Source of the DNA: Lama guanicoe
Lineage: Eukaryota
DNA: 64,000 bases
NCBI GenBank assembly: GCA_013239625.1
Contig: MU053487.1
Span: 1,757,058 to 1,821,057, forward strand
Direction: 5' to 3'
The position numbers were made by a program, and so were the translations under genes. This document shows positions 1-9,940 of this stretch, piece after piece. The notes under the pieces were generated by a model. The model was not told where the DNA came from. It did no database searches and saw nothing but the letters and a program-made list of their open reading frames with translations. Each line of letters opens with the position of its first letter. The stretch's first letter is position 1.

Positions 1-1506
1 GTTCTTTCAGCAGTTAGAGAGACACAGAGCTGTCCTTTTCTAGGGTGACACGTGGGAATGTCCCCAGAAATCTGAAGTGTTCAAGGTAGGTTGCCAGGGT
101 GGACCTAATTTTTTGTTTTTGTTTTTTTATTACTTCTTAGTCCTTGGACAATACTTTTAGACCCAGGAGATCTAACTAACAACAAAACATGAAAAGTATC
201 ATGATAACTTCTCTTTTTATTGATTGCAAGATTCTTTAAAGTTGATAGTGTGTTAGAATGTTTGCAAGTTTCAGCATATGATTTCATATCTGGGCCACAA
301 GCCTCCCTCAGGCTGGCTGGTGCCAGTCTGCCTGGCTTTGGCTTCCCATTGGTGGCTGGTTCTCCACTCCAGAGGGCTTTGAGGCAGGAGGACCTGTGAA
401 GGGTGGTGGTATGTTTCAGATGCCATTGCCTTCCTGTGGGATTCCACTGCTTCCCTGTTACCTGATCAGTTGTTTTCCCTCCTGTCTGTCCAGGGGCTGC
501 AGGCTTCCCCGCAGTCAGTGCCGTTTCCAGCTGTCTCTTTCCCTCCCCAGCACCTCCTGCCCGTGTCTCCGACGCCGCAGTTCCCCATGGTACTGTACCA
601 AGTGTGAATGGCTCTTCTCCTGGTTTTACTAGCTTCCTGTGCAGGGCTGGCTGATGCCTGGTGGCTGCACTGGGCTGACTGTGACAGGGGAGGTGGTGTG
701 TGAATGTCTTATCCCAGAGCATTGCAACCCCTCTCCAAAATAATGGTTTCCATTTGGTCATCTGTCCGTGTTCAGTGCGTCCGCAACCTGGTACCCTTTT
801 AATAGGGTATGAGTTAAGCAGGAATTGTACGTCCGCAGAGGGAGAAGTCAGGAGGACAGAGACACATGAACTTGGTGTGAGGCTTTGGGAAATACCTTAA
901 AGTCAGTGTCCACATGGTGACCATCATCACCCTATGCTCCTAAGACACAGATGTTCCTCTAGCTTCCTGATCCTCCCATCCCCTCTCATTTCCCCTCCAG
1001 GTACTGGGTCCTTTTGGACCACAAAAGAGAACATTTAATTTCAGGCCAAGCCAGTGAATAAATATTCCCTAATATGCGAATGAAATCCCACCTGGCCTGT
1101 TGGCACCAGTCTTGGCTCCATTTTTGAGGCAGTCACAGGTGGTACAAGTCCTCCCGCCTCCTCCAGTGGGCAAGTCCCAGGGTTACCGCTGGGAAGAACC
1201 CCAAGTCCTCCTCGCCTCCATGTCATCCTAAGGATCCCCGGCCCCGGGTGAAACACAACAACTCGTGTCTATTGAAAGAGGGAGATGTGGGTCATGATGT
1301 CAGCCGTCTCCGATCCCCGGGGTGATTAAAATCCATTGTCTCCTGTTATGTTCTCTTGTGGTGCTGGATGGAGAATGCTTTTGTTTTGCTTTTTCCAAAT
1401 TGTACTCCCTTCCCATCCCCCAAGGACGAGTATGTGTCCTGTGTCTGCCACTCCCATTCCTCAGCCTATCTCGCTGATGTCCTGGTTTCTTTCTGTGGCT
1501 TTGCAG

Positions 1507-1767
1507 AGGGACGATGTGGCCACGCAGTTTGGCCAGATGACCCTGAGCCGGCAGTCCTCTGGAGAGACTCCCGAGCCCCCGGCTGGTCCTGTCTACCCGC
1601 CGTCCCTCATGCCACAGCCCACCCAACAGCCAGCCTATGTCATCGCCTCAACAGGCCAGCAGCTCCCGACAGGGGGCTTCTCAGGCTCCGGACCGCCCAT
1701 CTCCCAGCAAGTGCTCCAGCCCCCTCCCTCGCCACAGGGCTTCGTGCAGCAGCCTCCACCTGCACAG
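1507..1767 (+). CDS. ARPP21: ARPP21 (long isoform) internal coding exon, Pro/Gln/Ser-rich C-terminal region
   Basis: Acceptor ...ggctttgcag|AGG and donor CAG|gtgagt; 261 nt, phase 0-0; translates RDDVATQFGQMTLSRQSSGETPEPPAGPVYPPSLMPQP...GFVQQPPPAQ, matching recalled mammalian ARPP21. Confidence 0.96.
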
Positions 1768-4700
1768 GTGAGTGCTGCTTCTCACGCCCGGGACCCACAG
1801 CTCATTTGTGGTGCACGTTCCCCTCTCTTTCCACATGGAATTATCACCAGACCAAGCCGTCTTGCCCTTCTGGTCTAGATGGATACCCCCAACCTACAGG
1901 ACCCAGTCTGTCCTTTTCAACAGTTGTGCAAAGTCTTGGGTCTCAGAAAGTAAGTTTAATGAAACAGAGCCAAGTGGCCATGGTACCCGGGGAAATGTGC
2001 CCTCTTTCAGGCTCCTGGTGCAGAGACCGTAGGACAGCAGCCCCTCCCGCAATGTCTGGCTCACCCCAGTGAGGGAGGGAGAGCCCGCTCCTGAGGGCTT
2101 TCAACTCTCTCTTGCTGCTGCTCTGGAAATGTGTTGTTTCCTTTTTTAAATCTGTTCATAAGCATTTTCCGGAGCAAAATCCAGTGCTGTACCTTTACAC
2201 TCATTCCTCTGTGAATATAAAGGAGGCAGCCAAGCCCCACCCCTGTCCTTTCCCCAGGGGAGGCCGAGCTCACGTGTGCGCTCTCAGGGGTTCATTAATC
2301 ATATTTAATTGACTTGAGCGTGTAAGACACCACAGATCACTGATTTTTACTGTCTTCTCAAAGACTGATTGTGTGTTACTCTCCACTGCCAGACATCTCT
2401 GGGGCTCTCCTGGGTATCCCTTGCAGAATATTGCAAGTGATTACTGTCAAGATGTAAAATGCACGGAGGCGTTTTCTGGTCCATTTTCAAGGCATGCATA
2501 ACCCCAGCAAATTCCATCCTAATTATGAAATATTGCATCGGATGAGCTGTTTAAAGTATAGTGTCACCTTCATATCATCTAAGGCACTGCCTTAACATCT
2601 TGAGTAAATTATTTTCTTTTCCAGCCATGCAAAACCTTCCACCATGAAATGATTTTCACCCAGTTGTTCATTTAACGTTGAGCGATAATTAACAGTTCAT
2701 CTTCAGTTGCCTTCTCTGTAATGTGGTAGTGTCACTGGTAGGATTTAAGGAGATGTGAAAAATTTTAAGTTACAGGAGAAAGGACCTTATTAATATATTA
2801 ATTATTTTACTAATAAATATTTTAAGGTTAATTATTGAAAAAACAGTTTAGCTCTTTTCATCTAAATAGCTGCTGAGTGTTTACCCTTTTTTTTTCTGTC
2901 GAAGAGAAGAGTTGGCAGAATATTTAATTGAAGGTTTTTTTTAAAAAGATGTCTTTCCTTGATCAAGGAATTTCAATATTAATGCACTGTGGGAGCAAAG
3001 ATAAGTCAGAACCCTAGTGTGTCTGCAACAGAAAAGCTTTCATTCCCTCTTCAAGAGATTTAAAAATAAAAAGAGGGAGGGAAGGGGGGAAGAAAAGACA
3101 AAACAGATGTCCGTGGTTTGTGATGAGCCTGGACATCTGTGAGCTGCTTTGTAGAAGAACCACAGATAAAGGTACAGGATATCACCCATAGTGATTTTCA
3201 ATTTAATGAATATTTAAAAATGTGATTACTCAACTGCAGAAGAATGAAAAGAACACTGGAGATACAGTCCAGGGGCATATATGGGAACATGTTCAATTTA
3301 CGCAGAAAACGAACCAATTTAATAACGTGGAAGGTCCATTTTGTCTGGCTTACCGTGTTTGCTTTCTGAACGCCCACTGGAAGGGTGAAGCAGACCACAC
3401 GGACCAGGCGAAGAGGGATTTGAGGAAGAGCAGTGGGAGAAGTGCTAATTTTTTATAGTTTCTTCTCCATGTATTTCCTTTCTCTCCTAATCCACTCATT
3501 TTTTGATTCTCCATGTTTTAACATAGTCATTTGAAGATAGATATTTTCTCCCTTTTGGGGTGTCCTTACTTCTTTCTTCTACCCGAATCTCCTTTCCATC
3601 CTGATCCCTTAAGATTCCTCTTAGCCCACCTCAGCGCCCCTCAGCTGCGGGGGGATGAGGGTGGACCCAGTGCCCATTTCCCACTTGCTCTGTGTAACTG
3701 GGGGCTCTGATTCCTGGGAGCCGGCCAGGGCTTTACCTCGGAGACGTGTTGGGCGCAGGGACCAGACCTCTAGCACAGCCTGTCAGGGCATCTAAGGAGG
3801 AAGGACCAGGAGGGGGAAAAAAAAACCAAGAACAAAACAAAGAAACGAAGTATTAAAAATGAGGCGCGCTCTCTTTTTTTTTTGAACAAGAAGTTGTACT
3901 CATGTCCAAACCACTGGTGTTCACCAGGAAAGTTTGCGTTTCTGCTGTTCCCCACCCCCGGACGTACTTTTGTGTTTCATATTGAATGTACAGAGGAGAA
4001 ACCAAGGACTGGCTAACACATCGATGAGCTGGTATTGAATAAAGACACAGTTTTCCCTAAAGGAACAAAATGCTTTTCTTCCTAATAAACATATAAGTAT
4101 GATGCTCATGAGTAAAATAGTTAACAGTTTTTTTTTTAATTCTTAATATTAGGAAGTATCTGATGTGAAATGTAGTAACATTTAATGGCACCACAGTTTG
4201 CCGGAGGACCACTAAAACATTACTCCAGAATTATTTCGGTTTTTATTGTTACGAGTTGTTTCACAAAGAAAAGGAGGAATGGTCAGATCACATCACTGGG
4301 AACAACACATGCAGTAGATGGGTTGCCAGAGACCATCCCGGGTTTGCTCTAGACTCATTCAGCTTCTTTCTCTACGGTGTGTTTAGTGCTAGTCGGGATT
4401 ATGACTGGGGATGATTCCGCGGGACTGCCCAACCACTGACCTACACTGACGGTCTTCTCTTGTTCCTACTCTCTTCCTAAGGCAGGAAAACATGCTACCT
4501 CTGTTTCAACAGTAAATTCTAGTAGGAAAGTGGTTCCTATTTGACATGCACATATCAGAAAATAAAATAGTCATAACAGGCACAGTTCTGAATCAGCTGG
4601 CTGTTCTTATTGTAAGCATATCACACGTGTAGGCTGTGTATTGGCACACCTCTGCTTACACATTAAGGAAGGTGATAGAAGAAAAATTAGAGCCTGGGAA

Positions 4701-5133
4701 ATAAAAAGTAAAGAAATAAATAACTGATTAGTAAGAAAAGAGCCTTAATGTAAATGACCTGATGCAGACAAGAAAGTCCAGGTCAGGAGGCATTTGCTTT
4801 GAATCTTACTAGAAGTAATTAAAATATTTCCAGCCATTCTCAGTCATTAGAGAGAGACAGAAGGTGACATAAACAGTATTTTTAATGTATTTCCCTCTTT
4901 AGACTGAATATCCTGTTTTTTGGATACTGGCTACGTGCCAGTCACTCTGCAGAGTGCTTTGGAGGACTTGTCCATGTTTCATAACTTCATTCTCTGGTTC
5001 TTTTAGGCTGGAGATCAGCAGATTTCACATCTCACCTGTGCTTCCAGTAGAAAAACAATTCAAGTTAAATTATCATATTTAAACCTATCATAAAAATTTG
5101 TTGCTGTTGTAGATGACTATTTCATTCACTCTT

Positions 5134-5262
5134 TTTTAAATAATATTTTAAAAGTTTTTTCTTTGATTCTTTTTTTTCCCCCCTAACAGAGGTACCAGGA
5201 ATTGAACCCAGGACCTTGTGCATGCTAAGCATGTGCTCTCCCACTGAGCTGTACCCTCCCTC
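5134..5262 (-). mobile_element. tRNA(Ala)-derived camelid SINE (Vic-1-like) with 13-bp TSD
   Basis: Minus strand reads GGGAGGGTACAGCTCAGTGGGAGAGCACATGCTTAGCATGCACAAGGTCCTGGGTTCAATTCC (A and B boxes) plus A-rich tail; direct repeat TTCATTCACTCTT at 5121-5133 and 5263-5275. Confidence 0.88.
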
Positions 5263-5284
5263 TTCATTCACTCTTGTTTCATTT

Positions 5285-5750
5285 AAAAAGCACAAAATTC
5301 AGTGCTTTAAAACAACAACCACTATATTGCTCACGTCGAGGTCAGCAATTTGCACAGGACTTGGCCGGGACGGCTCATCTCTGCACCATGGGGTGTTGTC
5401 CCAGGCGACTTGACCAGGGCTGGAACACCCCAGGTGGCCTCACGCACGTGCCAGGACACTGGGGTCATCCCTTGGCTGGGGTGCGTCTGTTCTGCACACG
5501 GCCTCTCTCTCCACCTGGGGAGCCCGGACCTCTTTTCCTGGTGGCTGGGCTTCTCTCCTCGAAGAGTGGGAGCTGCAGGTCCTCTAAGGATCAGGCTTGC
5601 AGGTCTCAGAAGTCATCATTTCTGCCTCATGGCACTGATCAGAGCCAGCTCAGATTCAAGGATTTGGAGGTAGAGTCCCCTCTCCATGGAAGCAGTAGCA
5701 CACAGGCATGGTGGTCATCGCTGCAACCTTCTGTTAACCGCCTTGTATCA
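5285..5750. mobile_element. MaLR LTR (MLT1-type) relic
   Basis: cacaaaattcagtgctttaaaacaacaa...ggtcagcaatttg...ggctcatctctgc...cagctcagattcaagg motifs typical of MLT1. Confidence 0.65.
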
Positions 5751-5833
5751 TAAGATGACAGTGTATTTTATGTTGGAAAAAAGTGTGAATTTCCGGTTCT
5801 CATCCCCTGCCCGTTGCACCCTTTCTTCCACAG

Positions 5834-5960
5834 ATGCCTGTGTATTATTATCCGTCCGGCCAGTACCCTACCTCAACCACACAGCAGTACCGGCCCATGG
5901 CCTCGGTTCAGTTCAGCGCTCAGAGGGGCCAGCAGATGCCGCAGACGGCACAGCAAGCAG
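5834..5960 (+). CDS. ARPP21: ARPP21 internal coding exon
   Basis: Acceptor ctttcttccacag|ATG, donor CAG|gtactt; 127 nt, phase 0-1; MPVYYYPSGQYPTSTTQQYRPMASVQFSAQRGQQMPQTAQQA(G). This frame is not listed in the ORF track; read manually. Confidence 0.95.
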
Positions 5961-6463
5961 GTACTTGGACTCTTCTTTCTCGTTTGCTCCTCTAACCCAG
6001 TTACCCTGCGCATGTCTCTCGGCCGCCCTCCTTGGGTGAGTACCCAGGCTTGGCAATTGATATCGGCTCCTTTCCCTCCTCCGGAAAAAGATAACGGAGC
6101 GTTTGGTTAACTCGGCGGGAAAGGAACAGGTCCGGTGAGGTGCCACCCACGTCACCCCAGCATCCCAGGCGTGCATGCTGGACACAGTCTCCATAAGTGA
6201 TTTTGGGGTCCTTCGTGTCTTTTTAAGCAGGGAGATAGCCGCATCCCTATCTTCCCAGTTCATACTGTTCTTTGTTTTTTTCCTTTTCACCTTAAAGAGA
6301 ATCTTCCCCGGTTCCCAAGCCTAGGGGACCAATTGGGTTGTTTCTATACCATCCTAAAAAGCACTGTGTTGAGAAGAAGGCCACGGACACAGCAGCCCGT
6401 GTCCCCATGGAACGCGGACTCCGAGGCTCCCTGTCTCCAGGGCCACACGCCCCGTGGCGCCGC

Positions 6464-6547
6464 TGTGCAGTGGGAAGGGGGGCCGATGCACTGTACGAGA
6501 GTGAGTAGCAGGTCTCACAGTGAACCGGTCTCTTTCCCTACTGTGTC
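6464..6547 (+). ncRNA. MIR128-2: microRNA miR-128-2 hairpin (5p arm 6478-6500; mature miR-128-3p 6515-6535)
   Basis: Contains TCACAGTGAACCGGTCTCTTT (miR-128-3p) and 5p arm GGGGGCCGATGCACTGTACGAGA. Intronic in ARPP21, the known host of miR-128-2. Confidence 0.98.
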
Positions 6548-8794
6548 ACACTCCTGACGGGACGCCGCGCCCCCGGCCGCAGCAGGAAGCCAGCGGGGCT
6601 GAGGGGCCCGTGCTAGGGAGAGGTCTGTGTCCTTCCCGCCAACCACCCGGCGGGGGAAACCGCTGCCAGTCCCGCCGAAGACCCCAAGTGGGGGACTCTG
6701 CCTTCTGTAAGTAGGGCGTTAGAGCTCGTCTCCCGCCGCTGCTGGTACCGGCCTGGTCCGCCACCTGTCATCTGACTGCTGCACTGAATAGGTGTACGTG
6801 CACACATATGTGCGCATGTGTGTGTGATCTGCACAGGGTATGTGCGGTGTTCATAAGCTGTGACACAGAGCGCTCTCCTTACCAAGGATGAGTGCCAGTA
6901 ACCGCTGGGAGGGCACTGACGCTGGTGCTGCTGGCATTGCGTCAGACGGAGGCACCCCTTCATCCCTCTGTCTCGTGCAAAGCTGTATGTTCTTTCGTTC
7001 TTCTCAATGTTTACTTCAAGTCCGTGGGAGAAGAGAGTCGGAGAGCAGCCAGCCAGACTCTGTCTTGTTTCAGCACTGTATTAGTTTGGGAAAGAGTATA
7101 TTTTTGACCTCTGAATTGACTTGACACTTTCACAACAATGACGGCACAAAAGAATTTCTAAGTGTTAGTTATTTTAAGACAAGCATTTGGCCATGTTTTC
7201 TCTGATTGTTGGAAAATGTTACTATCTCGATTATTTAGATGGTAACTGCTGTTAATTTAGAGATGCACTCTAGCAACATGTTTGCATTCTGAACTGTCTT
7301 TTTTTTTCCTGCTAGTGTTTATCTGAGAGTTGATTAATAATCTTGTAGCTGCTGGTCCAGAGGGTATAGCAGAGTTTTCCTTTCAGTTACCAGTGCTTTT
7401 GAAAAAAGAAAGATGCCGATGATACCTAGCCATAATTTCGTGATTTCTTAGAACTTCATATTGCGTCATGGTTTGAGAGTTTTCTAGGGGATGTGTCAGG
7501 CTCATGTTAGAGGAGAGTTGATACACAGGAATGCAGATGTGCTGGAAGCCACTGTGCCTGTGAACTCTGGGTCTGTGTGAGTGGCAATGAGAGCTGGATG
7601 AGTATGTTAACTGGGCAACACCCCCCGCCACCTTGACTGATGTGTGTCCACACAAGGGACAATCCATGTGGCCTTTTTTTACTCTTTTTAAAACACTGGG
7701 AGTACTTTAGGGGTGCAGAAGCCACCCTCCTCAGGGAGACCTAACTGGGGGCCACGTGACAACCTGGGGGCTTTGCCTTGTCCCATGCCCCCACACCACC
7801 AGGGAGCCGCCACCCCAAGGTGAGATAATGACACATAATTAGAGGAAGGCATTCTAAGTCAGTATCTTGTCCAAAATAGAAGCCAGTGCTTCAGATGTCA
7901 AGGAAGTGAGTGGCAGCTATTGCGTCTGGGAGGGTGGGGGGCTGAGGAAGGGAATCCGATACCTGCACAGTGTCTTCCCTGAAGGTGACATCAGGACACA
8001 CGTGCGGACTGAGACCTCTGAGCTCCGAGTTTTGTGACCGCCCCATCCGGTACCAGGCCCTCAAATCCCCCTGCAGTTTCCACTTCTGGCTGAATTTACT
8101 GAGTATTTGGAAGGCAGATGGTGTCTCCTGATCTCACTGAGACCCACCTCTGCCAATAAAATCCAAGGAACATAGCTCAGAGATGGCCCTGTGATGGTGG
8201 AAGGGACACAGCGACTTCCCACAGGGACGTAGTGGAGTTATTTGGAGGAACAACTCTAAGTCAGTGGACTAGTTCATAGAAGGAAGAGCCTCTGAAGCCT
8301 GAGTGTTAGCCAGTTTATCATAACAACATAAACGCACTTACTAGTTTGGCCTTTATTTACTGGCATGGATGACCATCTGGAAACTAACATGCTGTAACTA
8401 AGCCAGCACGCCCACGTTACAGGGGCAGATAACTTTTCATTAATTATTCAAGTACACAGTTGGGCTCAACAGCAGAACAAATCGGGAACCTGGACTTTTG
8501 CCTCCCGACTCACTTGGGCTTCCATGTTATTTTGCAGAGCTGGTCAGTAACAAATGGCAAAGAACAGCTGAGTCGTTTGTGCACAGATCGCACGTTTGGA
8601 AAGGGAAAAATAGAATTCCTTTTAGATCATGTCTCCAACTCCAAATTCCCTTTTATGTTTGACTTAAAAGGCAATAGGTATATATACGGCTTCATTCTTG
8701 GCTGTCCAAAATCTTGGACAAGTCCTAAAAGCAGCAAAAAATGAGCTTGTAAAATTCTATATGCTTCCATAAATGGGCATTTGGGAACGAATAA

Positions 8795-9940
8795 ATCCTG
8801 GTTTTGGTCTTAGAATAATACTGGTTTCATAAAATGAATTAGGAAGTGTTTCCTCCTCTTCTGTTTTTTGGAAGAAGTTGTCTGAAATTGATATCCATTC
8901 TTCTTTAAGTGATGGAATTCTCCAGTGATTCTGTCTGGGCCTGCTTTCAGAAACAGAGTATTTTTTAAACTATTATTTGAAGATAATGTGTGGAGCTTTT
9001 AAATTATGAATTCATTATGGTTATAAGACAAGACTATTCATGTTATCCATTTCATCTTTGTTGAGTTTTGGTAGTATGTGGTCATTGAGGAATTGGCCCA
9101 TTTCTTCTGAGTTGTTAAATTTATGGGTATAAAGTTGTAGTATTTCTTTATTTTCCTTGTAATGGCTGAAGGATATGTTGTGATATCATGTTCCATCCTG
9201 ATATCAGTAATTTTCAAATTCTCTTATTTTTGTAAGTCTTGGCAGATTTATCAATTTTATTGATCTTTTCAAAGAACTACATCTTTGTTTCATTGATCTT
9301 CTCTACTGTTTTGTTGTTTCAATTTTATTGATTTCTACTCTTTATTACTTTCTTCCTTCTGCTCAGTTTAGTTGTATTTTGCCCCACTTTCTGTCATTTT
9401 TTTGAGGTAGGAAGTTAGATAATTGATTGTGGGCCTTTCTCTTTTCTCATGTACGGATTCAGTGCTGTAAGTTTCCTTCTCAGCCCTGCTTTGTCTGTGC
9501 CCCACATATCTTCATATGCTGTATTTTCAGTTTCATTCTTGTGTATTTTTTCTTTCCTTTGAGATTTCCTCTCTGATCCGTGGATTCTTTAGAGGTATGT
9601 TATTTAATGTGTAAGCGTTTGAAGATTTTCTTGTTGTATTTCTGTTACTGGTTTTAGACTCATTCCATTATTGTCAGAAAACATACAGTGTATGATTTCA
9701 ATTCTTACGAAACGGTTTCAGTTGGTTTTATGGCCCAGGTTATGATCTGTCTTGGTGAGTGTTCCTTAAGCAGCTGGGAAAAAATGGGTATTTTGCTGTT
9801 GTTCAGTGGAATTTCTATACATGTCAGTCAAATCCTGTTAGTTGATTTTGTTGATCAGATCTTCTATAATTTGGCTGACTTTCCATTACTACTTCTCTTG
9901 GTTACTGAGAGATGGATATTCACAACCCCAGCTATAAGAA
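8795..9940 (-). mobile_element. Old LINE-1 (L1M-type) ORF2 fragment
   Basis: T-rich L1-antisense hallmarks (ggtttcataaaatgaattaggaagtgtttcctcctcttctg; ttattgatcttttcaaagaac); heavily diverged. Confidence 0.8.

Noticed and set aside
105..761. 218-aa minus-strand ORF
   Set aside because: No recognisable domain, low-information composition, intronic and antisense; consistent with a chance ORF in GC-rich DNA.
2021..2042. REST/RE1-like half-sites (also ~6381 and ~21968)
   Set aside because: Only one half matches in each case; no full CAGCACCNNGGACAG.
1356..2072. 238-aa ORF overlapping the first exon in another frame
   Set aside because: Shadow frame of a GC-rich exon running into both introns; the ARPP21 frame with splice sites explains the region.
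5189..5260. tRNA-Ala-like sequences (also at ~32700, 39791, 45910)
   Set aside because: Degenerate cloverleaf, A-rich tails and TSDs indicate SINEs rather than tRNA genes.
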